64,000 nucleotides of DNA from Gigantopelta aegis (lineage: Eukaryota). Of the stretch, positions 12,175-25,290 are shown in pieces. The stretch covers positions 67,160,366 to 67,224,365 of the forward strand of contig NC_054701.1 in the NCBI RefSeq assembly GCF_016097555.1. Reading direction: 5' to 3'. The notes under the pieces are model-generated. The model saw only the letters and a program-made list of their open reading frames with translations. It did not search any database and was not told where the DNA came from. The translations under genes and the position numbers were made by a program. Numbering within the stretch: position 1 is the stretch's first letter; every line of letters starts with the position of its first letter.

Positions 12175-12480
12175 ACGGGATCTAGTGCAGCCAGTAAAGT
12201 GGTGCCTTTGGTCGTGGGATCAAACTCCCTCAGTGGACCCATTCTCTGATTTCCTCATTGGACCCATCTACTGATTATTTTTTCTCTCATTCCAACCAGT
12301 GCCCCACAACTGGTATATCAAGGCCATGGTATATGCTGTCCTGTCTGTAGGAAAGTACATATAAAAGATAACTTGCTGCTAATGGAAAAAATGTAGCAGG
12401 TTACCTTTGAAGACTACTAGTCAAAATTATCAAATGTTTGACATCGATATATCAGTGATTAATAAATCAATGTGATCTTA
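12175..12480 (+). mobile_element. SINE, diverged tail-B copy, abutting the previous SINE
   Basis: Core ccagtgccccacaactggtatatcaaggccatggtatatgctgtcctgtctgtagg … tail-B caaatgtttgacatcgatatatcagtgattaataaatcaatgtg. Confidence 0.7.
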
Positions 12481-12589
12481 AACCTAACAATCTTTAGTGC
12501 ACAATGTGAAAGATGGTAAACATCTCGAGAGTATCTCTCCCATTTAAGTGTAATAAAAAAAAAAGGTTTAGTGGCGAGTTGTCAAATAA

Positions 12590-13100
12590 TTCAAAATTGG
12601 ACGTCTCTAAGTAAACACCCAGGGACAGATCATTCAAAATTGGACGTCTCTAAGTAAACACCCAGGGACAGATCATTTAAAATTGAACATCTTTAAAAAA
12701 AAAAAAAACCCAGGGACAGATCATTTATAATTGGACATCTCTAAGTAAATACCCAGGGACAGGTCATATAAAATAGGACGTCTCTAAGTAAACACCCAGG
12801 GATGGATCATTTAAAATTGGATGTCTCTAAGAAAACATCCAGGGACAGATCATTTAAAATTGGACGTCTCTAAGAAAACACCCAGGGACAGATCATTTAA
12901 AATTGGATGTCTCTAAGTAAACACTCAGGGACAGGTCCTTTAAAATTGGACGTCTCTAAATAAATACACAGGGACAGGTGATTTAAAATTGGACGTCTCT
13001 AAACACACAGGGACAGATCATTTAAAATTGGACGTCTCTAAGAAAACAGCCAGAGACAGATCATTTAAGATTGGACGTCTCTAAGAAAACACTCAAAGAC
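12590..13100. repeat. Minisatellite, 44-bp unit x ~11 (cccagggacagatcatttaaaattggacgtctctaagtaaaca)
   Basis: Periodicity of 44 bp (for example 12617 to 12661), with moderate divergence between units. Confidence 0.9.
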
Positions 13101-13151
13101 GAATATGCTCCTAGCTTTACAAAATTCAACTTCACATTGTGTGTGGCTCTG

Positions 13152-13450
13152 TTCCCATCTAAAAAAGTTTTTGTTTAACAACACCAGTAGAGCACATTGA
13201 TTTATTTATCATCGGCTATTGGATGTCAAACATTTGGTAATTCTGAACAAGTCTAAGAAGAAACCCACTACATTTTTCCATTAGTAACAGGGGATCTTTT
13301 CTATGCAATATCCCACAGCCTTTTATACACCAGTCGTGGTACACTGGCTGAAACGAGAAATAGCCCAATGGGCCAACTGACGGGGATCGATCCTAGACCA
13401 AATGCGCACGAAGCTAACGCTTTACCACTGGGCTATATGTCCCACCCCCT
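13152..13450 (-). mobile_element. SINE, main family, tail-B
   Basis: Reverse-complement copy ending ...gctttaccactgggctatatgtcccaccccc. Confidence 0.85.
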
Positions 13451-14671
13451 GTTCCCATCTAATTTGCTTTGACAATTCAGAATGAAAACAGTGCTTTGTC
13501 TAACACCGATTTCACATTAAATCACGTGTTAGCACTAGAGAAAAGCAAGCTATCTTGAGTGCATTTTGTAACATAGTGTGGACAGACCAATTCATATTCC
13601 ACTTGTTACTTGATGAAATAATGCTTTTCAGATGTCGTCAAAAATTATGTGTTGATCTTTGTATGCATCAAAGTGATGATGCTATTATTAATTGGTATCC
13701 TTCTGTGCCCTTGTACACATTTATTTGTCTTTCATTTCCTGAAGTTGATAAAAAAAATATTTAAAAAAACAAAAAACCCTGATATCACCAATTTTTTGGT
13801 TAGTTGGATACCATCTTTATTTTTCCAGCAGGCATTATGATAAAACTATTAAAAATGAAGTCGATTGAATGTGAATTGCCAGTTCACACCAGTGGGATAG
13901 TGTGGATTTCCAGCGCCCAGGGCAAGGCAAGTATTGTGCCCCCTAACCAGTGGACCACTAGCACTCCCAGAATCCCTTCCACAAGTCCAGAATTTTGCGC
14001 CCAGGGCAACCGCCCCAGTAGCCCTGCCCTGAGGGGTGCACTGAACTGAATGCAAATTGAACATAGGTGTGGACATGCAACCGAACTGAAACTGTGCCCC
14101 CCCCCCCCCCCACCCCACTCTGTGGAAGCAGCAATGGGTTTTTTAATATATATTTATACATATATTCATATATATGTGTGTGTGCCCCTCCACTTTTTGG
14201 CACTTTCCTATGCCTGTGGGTCTTATGGTGTGTTTGTACAACCATACTACAAATAAGAAATTTAAAAAATGAAACAATATAATACAGTGTAGTCAATGAT
14301 AATTGATAACAATGTATTATTAACTGAAACAATGTACACCAACACTGCTGGGCTTGCTTGAACAATAATAAATAAACTTTGGCAGCATATCTGAACTACT
14401 CAGCCGTAGGCACTTTGTCCGTAAGCCACAAATCTGATTACTCTCCCCTTGTTTTAATCGAACAATTATAATACTCCTCTAGGCACAACCGATATTTTGT
14501 GCAAAGCGATTTTGAAAAAGTTGAGGACAAAGGCAAGTTTGAAAATATTTAATATTGTAAGTAATAACCAGAACATATTTAAGATTGATAAAATAGGATG
14601 CCAAAAGCTAAGTAGAAGGGAGGCACACTGCGGAAAGAGCCGGTTGGGGACGAAAAAGGAAAGGGAAGGAA

Positions 14672-14925
14672 AGAATTGGTTTATTTAACGACGCACTCAA
14701 CACATTTTATTTACGGTTATATGGACATCAGACATATGGTTAAGGACCACACAGATATTGAGGGAGGAAACCTGCTGTAGCCACTGCATGGGCTACTCTT
14801 TTTTCAATTAGCAGCAAGGGATCTTTTATATGCACCATCCCATAGACAGGATAGCACATACCACGGCCTCTGATGTACCAGTCGTGGTGCACTGGCTGGA
14901 ACGAGAAATAGCCCAATGGGCCCAC
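14672..14925 (-). mobile_element. SINE tail-A copy (head-truncated), the left arm of an inverted SINE pair
   Basis: Pairs with the + copy at 15008..15255 across an 82-bp spacer. Confidence 0.85.
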
Positions 14926-15007
14926 TGACAAAAAGCAAAAGGATGTCGAAGAAACAGCACAATGGACTGAGGATGTTTACACTGACAACGCGGGGCCCAT
15001 TTTGCAC

Positions 15008-15255
15008 ATTACCTCATATAGCCAGTGCACCACGACTGGTACATTAAAGGCTGTGGTATCTGCTATCCTGTCTATGGGATGGTACATATAACAGATCCCT
15101 TGCTGCTAATAAAAAAAAGAGTAGCTCATGAGATGGCAACAGCGGGTTTCCTCCTTCAATATCTGTGTGGTCCTTAACCATATGTCTGACGCCATATAAC
15201 CGTAAATAAAATGTGTTGAGTGCGTCGTTAAATAAAACATTTCCTTCCTTCCTTC
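15008..15255 (+). mobile_element. SINE tail-A copy (head-truncated), the right arm of the inverted pair
   Basis: ccagtgcaccacgactggtacattaaaggctgtggtatctgctatcctgtctatgggatggtacatataacagatccc...gttaaataaaacatttccttccttccttcc. Confidence 0.85.
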
Positions 15256-16344
15256 CATTACCTCATATCAATATGTATACAGTTTCTTCAGCAGCCGAGA
15301 TCTATACTTTACAACAAAAGAAATGCAGCTATTAATTTAGTTTCATTTAATTTATTTTTTAAATTTCCGACTGAAACCCATAAATCTGTGTGACTATTAA
15401 AATTATCAAAGTTTTCTGAACATGTAGGCCCACATTGACATCCTATTTTACCAAATTAATTTAAAAACACAAAAAATGTTTTAAAATAAAATGTTTGCGC
15501 TTCTTTTGTTGGTCAGTATTTATTAACATCATTTTATGTCCTGGGGTAACTGTCAGATTCAGAGAGAGCAAATTACTGCTTGGGTTTTAAATAAGCTGGA
15601 AGTTGTATCAAATAACGCTGTCAATTACAATTCAACTGCCCTGAAGTGATCAGGCAACGCAAGACATTGTTTTTTTTAAACTTGGACAAGTAACTTAATC
15701 ATTTTAGTTCACCTCAAGTAAGCAGCATCCATACCTGCCAGGTATACATTTTTATTACCAACCTGGTACACATATATTTGTATCGTAAACAAAATAAGAT
15801 GACATAAAAGATGGTTTCCTGAAAGTGAGTAAATAAGATAGGTCATTTTCTAAATATCATCATTATTGGTCATTTGCTAATATTTTTATTGGTCATTTTC
15901 TAAATATCATTATTATTGGTCATTTTTTAAATATCATTATTACTGGTCATTTTCTAAATATCATTTTCTACTTTTTTGTGGTTTCACACTACCGAGAGTA
16001 TTATCATTTTGTTAATGTTAATTTTTATAATAACAATAACAATAATAAATTTTCTAAATAATTAAAAAAAAAAAACTTTAAAAAACCAGCTGGTATACAC
16101 ACACCCATTCCACCCCTCTAAAACTGCCCACACGTTATATCCAAAAATATAAAACCATAATGCTATTAAACCCTGTCCCTAAAGTTCTAATTCAATAAAC
16201 AATCAGGATTCAGTATTTGGGCTTCAATAAAATTACACTGAAGCCTGAATATTTCATGGCCACAACATACAATGTATCATCTGCTTACTGTTACACATGT
16301 TATCTCACCTTTCAACTTTATCAAGGAAATTAAGACATTAAAGT

Positions 16345-16990
16345 TTGGTTGTTCTTGTTTAATGACACCAACAGAGTTCATTGATTTATTAATCATTGGC
16401 TACTGGATGTCAAAGATTTGGTAATTTTTACATATAGTCTTGGAGATGAAAACTGTTATATCTTTTAATTAGTAGCAAGGGATCTTTTATCTGCACCATC
16501 CCAGACAGCACAGCACATACCATAGCCTTTGATATACCAGTCATGGTGTACTGCCTCATTTTATTTAACAACGACGAATTCAACACATTTTTTATTTACG
16601 GTCATATCGCATCAGACATGGTTAATAAGGACCACACAGATATTGAGAGAGAAAACTCTTGTCGCCACTTCATGGGCTACTCTTTTTGATTAGTAGCAAG
16701 GGATCTTTTATATGCACCATCCCACAGACAGGATAGCACATACCACAGCTGGAAAAATAAAGAGTTATGCAACAAACAAAAACAATGGCCGGAACGAGAA
16801 ATAGTCCAATGGGCCCACCGACGGGGATAATTCCCAGACCGACCGCGCATTAAGTGAGCGGTTTACCACTGGGCTATGTCCACCACCCCCTACTGTCTCG
16901 AATGAGAAATAGCCCAATGGGTCCATCGACTGGAATTGATCCTAGACCAACCATGCATCAGAAAAGTGCATTACCACTTGGCTACAAGAC
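16345..16990 (-). mobile_element. Composite cluster of four SINE pieces: a tail-B copy (16345..16552), a tail-A copy (16560..16745) and two isolated head fragments (16788..16893, 16903..16990)
   Basis: Successive reverse-complement SINE segments, with breakpoints visible in the sequence. Confidence 0.7.
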
Positions 16991-18127
16991 AAGACATACA
17001 CTGATTAAAGCAAAATCCTTCAAAGCGAGAGTACTGTAAAGTTATAAATCGGTGGTAATGCCTTTGTAAATTGATTTTGAAAACACATCAAGATAGAATA
17101 TTCGTGAAAGCTTCCTATTGCACAGGAACTGATAAATAGCAGAGAGGAAGCCTGCTATTATGACTGAACGTCAGTCAGTGTCAGTGATGGAGTCGTTAAC
17201 AGACTTCAAACTGACAAGCCTGCCTCTGTCAATAAAATTATACAGTAACACCACCAGCTAACAAAGCCGCCAGTTCCAGCATCAATATAAACGAACTGAT
17301 AAGACTTGAGCCAATAATCCACCTCACGGTTGTATAGCAGTCGTATAGCGACAATACAGGCAAGATGACAATAGGGGAAGAAAGGAAGGAGTGTTTAATA
17401 ACGACACACCACAGCACAATATATTTGTTTAACATGCAACTGTTTGGTGGTACACTGTATGTGGGCTGGGAAGGAAAAAACACTGAGGCAAACCCTGACC
17501 TGTAAAATAAATATCAGTGTCATGGGAAAAATAAAATAAATGTGGGGAAATTCCAGACGAGGCAAGCACCTCGTTTGCTGTATGCTGGCTACGTCATTGG
17601 TGGGTGAGGGTAATTATTGGATTGCTTCCATCAGAGAATTGAACTGACACAGTCTATGAGTTTGCAAGAGAATTCTGTCCAAGACAGGGTTACATTTGTT
17701 TGTTGATTAAAGGGACATTCCTGTGTTTGTTGCATTGTAAGATGTTTCCGACTAATAAAATATTTCTACAATTAAACTTACATATTTAATATATTTTCAT
17801 GTTTAGAATATCGGTGTCTGTATATTCAATGTGTTTCTGGTCGTCTTAATATTTGTAAGAAGCCCAAACTGGATTTTGTCTTCAAATAATTTCATACGTA
17901 CGAAAAAACTATATTTTAGGAAATAAGATGAAATTTAGTCTAGTACAAATATTAGAATGATCAGAAACACGTTTAATATACAGCCGCTAATATTGTATGC
18001 AGAAAAATATATTTGATATGTAATTACAATCGTTAAAAAGTCTCTGTTAGTCGATAATATCTTAAAAAGTGCAGCAAACGCAGGAATGTCCTTTTAATTA
18101 CATCACTAGAGCATATTATTGGTTTAT

Positions 18128-18240
18128 TCTTCACTAGTTAACGACTAACCCACTGTCCTGGACAGACAGCCAAGATAGCTGAGGTGTGTGCCCAGTACAT
18201 CGTGCCTGAACCTTAAATGGATATAAGCACAGAAATATGT
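18128..18240 (+). mobile_element. SINE family 3 fragment (3' part)
   Basis: taacgactaacccactgtcctggacagacagccaagatagctgaggtgtgtgcccag...cttaaatggatataagcac. Confidence 0.6.
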
Positions 18241-18378
18241 TGAAATGAATGAAAATGCCCAGAGATGGGTTTTCAAGACAATTTAATGTTTTATATTGTG
18301 GATGATGAAATGGGGGGTTTTTTTAAGGTCACTACAAGGACAACAGATGGGGGAATCAAAATCATGGAACCTCCTGTG

Positions 18379-18414
<36 letters not shown>
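18379..18414. repeat. Poly-C homopolymer of ~36 nt. Further C/G runs of 11-18 nt lie at 14097, 19776, 23956, 24348, 37365, 40842/40865, 43425 and 11486
   Basis: Direct inspection. Confidence 0.95.
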
Positions 18415-18461
18415 CCCCAATCTGCGTCTGCCAATGGGTGTTCTGCCAGGACAATGTGATA

Positions 18462-18760
18462 AAAGTTAAAGCTAGAGCATATAGATTTTAATAATCATCA
18501 GCTATTGGATGTCAAACAGTAGGTAATCTTGACATATAGTCTTAGAGAGGAAACCAGCTACAATTTTCCATTAGTAGCAAGGAATCTTTTATATGCACCA
18601 TCTCAGACACGATAGCACATACCACAGCCTTTGATATACCAGTCGTGGTGCACTTGCTGGAATGAGAAATAGCCCAATGAGCCCACCGACGGGGATCAAT
18701 CCCTGGCTGATTGTGTATCAGGTGAACACTTTACCACTGGGCTACATCCCACCCCGAAAA
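18462..18760 (-). mobile_element. SINE, main family, tail-B, full length
   Basis: aaagttaaagctagagcatatagattttaataatcatcagctattggatgtcaaacagtaggtaat … ggggtgggatgtagcccagtgg in reverse complement. Confidence 0.85.
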
Positions 18761-19204
18761 ATGTGATAGATTATAATCTAAGACTCTAGGCTTTGAAATT
18801 CATCCATACCTGTGTTACTAACCAGACTTGGCTTCGTCCAATTGTAATCTCTTCCCTAACATAAACAAAAAGCTAGCTTACACATGCACTTGATGCCACT
18901 AGACACATTGATAATGACTTCTTATCAGGACTTATTGGACATGCTTACAAGTGTAGGCTACTTTGGAATGCCTAATGTTGGTAAAAGAAGTTAAAGTTAT
19001 TAAAGTTTGTTTTGTTTAACGACAACAGTTAAATATGTAGGTGGTGACGGGTTTTTTCCTGTTGTGTGTGTACTGATAACTGGTGATTAATCTGTTAAAT
19101 ATTTGTTATCAGCGAACTTGAAAATTATCAATGTAATGGTATTCAACATAAAACTTGGGGTTATTGTTGTATTAAGAACGGGAATCTTTGCCTACCCTGT
19201 GGTA

Positions 19205-19410
19205 GGCAGCAATTTCAGGGCTATAGTTCTAGGTAAGCAACACCATTCGCCAAATTATCTTTAAATATGCAAAATCTACAGTTATTTTTCAACAAAATAT
19301 CAATTAGTACATACATTTTTTTTGCCAAATCAAAATAAAATTTGCCAATTATTTCTGAAATTCACAACTGGCGAATTTGGCGAGTGGCAGAGCTAGCCCT
19401 GAATTCTGTG
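19205..19410. mobile_element. Second MITE-like element of the same family (TIRs tCAGGGCTATAGTTCTAGG … GCAGAGCTAGCCCTGAa)
   Basis: Shares termini and an internal 'aattcgccaa(g/a)tcacc…' / 'gaattttaaaaataattgacaaatttaattt' sequence with the element at 7655..7850. Confidence 0.5.
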
Positions 19411-20814
19411 TTTTTGCTATCGAGTTATTTCTGGCTGAGAGCATAACTATCGAAATGTCCATCTAGCTCCCGAACAGCAGAGTACTCGGACTAGGCCTTT
19501 GACATACCAGTTGTGGTGCACTCACTGAAACAAGAAATAGCGCAATGGGTCCACCGACAGGGATCGATCCTAGACTGATAGTGCATCAGGCAAGCACTTT
19601 ATCACTCGTCCCACCTAATGTAGGCACTGCTAAGCTACAGGTAACCTACAAACCCTCGCTAGAAATATTATGCGACAGTTATATATATATTTTTTTTTTC
19701 ATTTGTTATATCAGGGAATCTGAGGAATACTTTTGGGAATATTTGTGTCCTGAGGCCACATATGTTATTAGCGCCCCCCCCCCCCCCCCCCCCAAATGGA
19801 TTTTCAGTATCCATCACGGCATGATCTGCCCTTCAGGGCCGTACCCTCCGGGGGGCAGATGCCCCCTGAAAATCTCACTTTTAATAAAAAAAAATTACTC
19901 CAGCATACTAATCTCAGGGTTTAATTTGTATAGTGTTTCATTTGTTTATAAAAAGTAGTACCCCCCTCCCTAGGATTTTGATCAAGATACAGCCCTGCCC
20001 TTTATTTCTTAGAATGTTGTCAAATATCTATCAGTTAGTATAATATTCCTATCTGTACATATAATAATAATTATTATTATTTAATCATTTTAGACATATT
20101 TTTAGAACAAACCAACACAAATGGTCTTTATAACAAATAAAAACAAAACAAATAATAAAACAGACAATATCCCATATAGATCGTTGTAAATCAATGTGGG
20201 CCAAACTGTAGAGAAGTCGATAACACATACACTGAATACATGCTGTATCCCGACCGTGGTATAAGCATGGTATGGTATGTGGACCGCCACTGGAAAATAA
20301 AAATATGATCTGTCAACGCTTGAAACACGTTCCACTAAATTACTAATAACAACAGTATGTACTCACCGATCAGTTCACTTCATTGCATACAGATGAACTT
20401 CTGTGAAATCAAGTCGCCATCATTGGTGCAAAATCTGCATGATAACGTGGCTAATAACATGTATATGTATATACGACAGCTTGTGTATAATCAACATTCG
20501 CAATTTTGTGCACTCCCACACACAATGCAATACACACGCAAAGGGAGGTCACTCTCAATTACAATATCTGTTTATTCAGCGCTAAGCTAGACTGAGGGCT
20601 ATTCCAAAAACGATCGTATGGGAGTGGTGACATACACTGAATTTATTATTACAAAAAGACCATTTAAAGAAATACTTTCGGATCTCAACGCACCTGACAA
20701 TAAAATAATACCCCAAGCCCGATTAAAATAAATAAATAAATATTTTTAGTAACCTTGGTAACTAGTGACTTTAAAGTTTGTTTTGTTTTTTTTTAAATTT
20801 AAATTGGGGGAGGG

Positions 20815-21075
20815 AGGGGGCAGTGGTAAGGCACTTGTTTGATATTGATCCCATCAGTGGGCCCATTAGGCTATTGGGCTATTTCTTGTTCCAGTCAGTG
20901 TATAAAAGGTCATGGTATGTGCTACCCCATCCCTTTCTATTCATGGAAAAATGTAGCAGGTTTCCTCTCTAAGACCATATGTCAAAATTACCAAATGTTT
21001 GACATCCAATAGCTGATGTTTAATAAATCAATGTGCTCTAGTTGTGTCGTTAAATAAATCAAACTTTAACTTTAA
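20815..21075 (+). mobile_element. SINE tail-B copy (diverged head)
   Basis: ggcagtggtaaggcacttgtttgatattgatcccatcagtgggcccattaggctat … caaatgtttgacatccaatagctgatgtttaataaatcaatgtgctctag. Confidence 0.8.
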
Positions 21076-21217
21076 TGTAAAGGGTGTTTTATTCCTGGAA
21101 GTTCATACAAGTCGTATTCATTTCAAGTCTAGACATTACATGAACACCTCAAAAGTTTTCGAATCTTTGTAAAAATACTCTTTTTTAATGGATTTGCTGT
21201 GTACATGTTAAAGTTTG

Positions 21218-21492
21218 TTTTGTTTAACGACACCACTAGCCAACATTGATTAATTAATCATCGGCTATTGGATGTCAAACATTTGGTAATTATGACACGT
21301 AGTCATTAAAGGAAACCAGCTACATTCTTTCTAATGCAGCAAGGGATCTTTAATATGCACTTTCCCACAGACACAAAAGCACATACCACGGCCTTTGACC
21401 AATTGTAGTGCATTGGTTGGAACAAGAAAAAAACCTGTCAGTTGAATGGATCCACCAAAGTGGTTCGATCCTGGGATGCAAGCAAGTCAAGT
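21218..21492 (-). mobile_element. SINE subfamily B2: tail-B and core, but a different tRNA-like head (gggatttagttatgtcacttgacttgc...gatcgaaccac)
   Basis: The same head type recurs at 30765..31075(-), 34612..34895(-) and 57255..57535(+). Confidence 0.8.
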
Positions 21493-22094
21493 GACATAAC
21501 TAAATCCCACATCCTGTGTGCCTGTGTGCATGTAAACAGTTTGCAGATAAAAATGGTCTTTTTACTATAAATGTCTTGAGGCTGTCATTTGAAGAACCTA
21601 ATCAGGTTATAATAAAACAAAACATTCCAGCTTCAAGCTACTTGATCACCTTGTGATGTCCAACTAGGACACGTACCTTTAAACCACAGACATACTTCAA
21701 CGTGAAAACTCACATTGTATTCAACCAACGACAAGGGCAGACTGAGGAAATATTTTAGGGAGGGGACCTAGATCAAAAAGGACACATGGACCAACTCCTG
21801 AAAAGGGCATTCAATGAAAGTTTGGCATTCATGTGATGTAAAATTTCAACAAATTGTTACAAAGAAAAAGAACCAAAAAAAGAGGTACTTAAATTATATT
21901 ATTTTTGAGAAATCTCTGGTCCCCTTCCTTGATCCCCCCTTGAACAAATAAAAGCTGTTAGGGCCTATCTTTTATTTTTCTCTTCCATTTATTTCTGAAG
22001 CCAGTGCAGTCTACAAAAATAGCACGAGGTAATTCTGTCTCCAATTCCTATAGATTTGGTAATTTATGGTTAAGTGCACTTCAAACTTTGCAGG

Positions 22095-22410
22095 GTCAGG
22101 ACGTAGCCCAGTGGTACAGTGCTCGCTCGATACGTGGTTGGTGTGGGATTGATCCCCATTGGGCTATTTCTCGTTCCAGCCAGTGCACCACTACTGGCAT
22201 ATCAAAGGCTGTGGTATATGCTACCCTGTTTGTGGGATGGTGCATATAAAAGATCCCTTGCTGCTTATTGAAAAGAGTAGCCCATGAAGTGGCAACAGCA
22301 GGTTTCCAGTCTTCAATATCTGTGTGGTCCTTAACCATGTCTGACGCAATATAACCGTAAATAAAATGTGTTGAGTGCATCATTAAATAAAACATTTCCT
22401 TCCTTCAACT
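22095..22410 (+). mobile_element. SINE, main family, tail-A
   Basis: gggtcaggacgtagcccagtggtacagtgctcgctcgatacg...; track ORFs 22004..22249 and 22096..22395 lie inside it. Confidence 0.85.
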
Positions 22411-22870
22411 TGTGCAAGGCAGAAGTGGGATGCAGCTCAACAATATAGTGCTTGCCTAAGGTGCCAGGCCTTAGAACCCATCAGATTTTTCCCATTCCAA
22501 CTGATGTGCTAAGACTAGTAGATCAAAGACTGTGGTATGTGCTGCCCTATGAATTGAAAAATGATCCCTTGCTGCTATTCAGTAATGTAGCACAGTGGTA
22601 AAGCATTTGCCCGATTCATTCGTTCTAGGATCGATCTTCATTGAGCTATTTAACGACACCACTAGAGCACATTGATTTATTAATCATCAGCTATTAGATG
22701 TCAAACATTTGGTTATTCTGACATAGTCTTAGAGAGGAAACCTACTATATTTTTTCATTAATAGTAAGGGATCTTGTAGCTCCACTATCCTAGACAGGAT
22801 AGCACATACCACAGCCTTTTATATAACAATCATGGTACACTGGCTGCAATGAAAAATAGCCCAATTGGGG
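22410..22870 (-). mobile_element. Composite of degraded SINE fragments, including a reverse tail-B copy at ~22660..22870
   Basis: taacgacaccactagagcacattgatttattaatcatcagctattagatgtcaaacatttggttattctgac... Confidence 0.6.
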
Positions 22871-24742
22871 TCATTAGGAACATTTATAATTCAGCTATAA
22901 ATATTAAATAAAATTTTATTAAATGAACAATATGAAACTGAATATGTGCACCTCAACGCAATGTTTGCATAAGCTAACACTCAAAACAAACAGCCTATTG
23001 TGGATAATATTTTTTTTATTACAGGAGTAATAAATGAGATTAATGTGAAAAAGAGAAAGTAAAGAAACACAAATACATATAAACAAAAGAACATAACGGT
23101 TGCTATTCCATCCACATTCCATATAGTTAGCAATATGTATGAAATAATACAAAACATACATATTATCCACAAATGAATGAACTACAATAGTAAATTTATG
23201 TAACTTATACAAAGGACATAAAATCATTTTTATTCATAACAAACCATACAATATACTGTTCACATGATGATTTAGTAATACAGTTTTTATTGTAGTTCAC
23301 AAAAAAATTAATATGATTAGAACGCAAAAAAACATGTGTAGATAAAAAAAATCAAAAATATAAAGAATATGTTTAAATCCACATTTTATATAATTTTAAA
23401 CTGTATAAATGTCATAACACAATGAGTTCTTTACCATCTTTAATAATAAGGTCAAAATGTAGTGTCAAATTCTGAGGTTGGGTCATCCTAAGATTGTCTT
23501 TCCGTTAAGGCAACTGCACAAAAGTTTATTGATTAGTGCAAATACACAGTACCTTTTCCACACATGTCTTACCATGTTATCAATAAGCAATATTTTGACA
23601 AGCAATATTTCTGCTTGGTGACAACATAACATGTTTTTTACTGGTGATAAATGTCTAAATCTGTTGTACTAATTGCATGAAAACATATTGGAAAAAAAAG
23701 AGAGAAGAAAACAGTCCAGCATCTTTATTTGCAGACAGATGGACAGATACAAAGCCTATAGTGACTTTCTCAAACATTTGTCAACCACTGATATAGTCCC
23801 CTCCAGTTGGACCGGTATGGGACTAAAAGTGGGACTGTAGTTCAAAAAGATTCAGGATCCAGTAATAGAGGATATTCTCCAGATAAACTAAAAGGACACA
23901 TTTAACCTAATGGCAAAGCGTTATGTTCAGTAATGAAACTCTGTGTACTTCCCTGCCCCCCCCCCCCCCCCACCTGGCAACCTCGTCCTCTACCGCTAAT
24001 AAAGTTGCTGGTAGTAGGGGAGTATAGTAGGTGGTTACAAGTGCCTCTTAACAATGCCAGAAGTCACAACCGAGAACTCTCCGAAGTGATCAGACTAAGT
24101 CTACAGCTAAAGCTGATGGGAAATGGCAGGTGTGTGCCATGAATGGTCACAAGAGAAAATCACCTGTCACGGTTGGAGAGACAAGGACCAAGATGTGGAA
24201 CAGTGGCGGATCCAGAAAATCCATTTGGGGAAGGGGCCCAGTGACATGAGGTTGAATGTCATGGGAACTTTGGGGAAGATTTGAAGGGGGATCGTAAAAA
24301 AAATGAAAATTAATATATAATAAATTTATAACTATTGCAAAATTTAGGGGGGGGGGGGGGGCAGGACCCTGGGGGCTCCCTAGATCCGCCTCTGTGGAGG
24401 TGGACACTGATAAGAAGTTGAAAGATAGGAGGAGCTTCCAGATGGGCAAGAAATAAGATAGAATCCAGAGGAAAGAAAAGAAATGGGACAGTGGGATAAA
24501 AAAAAAAGAAAAAAAAAAGAAGAAAAGAATAAGAATAGAATAGTGACTCTTTCTGAATAGCAGCAATAATAAGAGAAACACAAAAACGTACAAAACGGGC
24601 AAATGATTAATATGCAAATGCAAAAGAGAATTCACATTGACAAATGGCATGCCACCATCCTTATGGTGAGAGACAGAAACCGGGACTGAAGCTTGAAGAA
24701 TTATTGTGACTCGAGTTCCGACTGTGATTGGCAGATCGTGGA

Positions 24743-24859
24743 CTAGGAGTGCGGACGTTTCGGAACTTCTTCTTCATCACATTGATCAGGGCTTTGTGGA
24801 GAGGCTCGGACGGAGCGAAGCCGCTTGCTCTCGGTCGAAGAGGAGTCCCTCCAGGGGAT
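24743..24859 (-). CDS. Candidate terminal coding exon (IPWRDSSSTESKRLRSVRASPQSPDQCDEEEVPKRPHS*), in phase with the 30074 donor
   Basis: Acceptor ctgttttag| followed by a phase-0 ORF to TAG. However, the region is GC/CpG-rich and open in several frames; an alternative frame gives a 66-aa S/P/R-rich tail. The call is weak. Confidence 0.2.
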   Translation of the reverse strand: MPWRDSSSTESKRLRSVRASPQSPDQCDEEEVPKRPHS

Positions 24860-25084
24860 CTAAAACAGTCAATAACAGTGTGGCTACTTGATTGTAATCA
24901 CCAGACAGCGCTCAAGACATTCAGCTCAGGGCTTTAGATTGCATCAAAAGTTTGTTTTGTTTAACGACACCAATGGAGCACATTGATTAATTAATCATCG
25001 GCTGTTGGATGTCAAACATTTGGTAATTCTGACATGTAGTCATCAGCAAGGGATCTTTTATATGCACTTTCCCAGTTTGACCAG

Positions 25085-25290
25085 GTGTGGGGCGATAAAC
25101 GTTGTGCCCAAAACACATAAGCCAAAAACAATCATGCCCAAATTAAGTACAAACATGCTGACATTTCACCTAAAAACAATCATGCCCAAATTAAGTACAA
25201 ACATGCTGACATTTCAACTAAAAACAATCATGCCCAAATTAAGTACAAACATGCTGACATTTCACCTAAAAACCACTGAAATGTAAAGTT
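25085..25290. repeat. Tandem repeat, ~49-bp unit x ~3.5 (caatcatgcccaaattaagtacaaacatgctgacatttcacctaaaaa)
   Basis: Produces the repetitive peptide in track ORF 25005..25286. Confidence 0.9.

Noticed and set aside
24147-24650. 167-aa minus-strand ORF and overlapping ORFs
   Set aside because: Low-complexity poly-F/L/S translation of A/G-rich simple sequence next to a poly-G tract, with no splice or codon structure.
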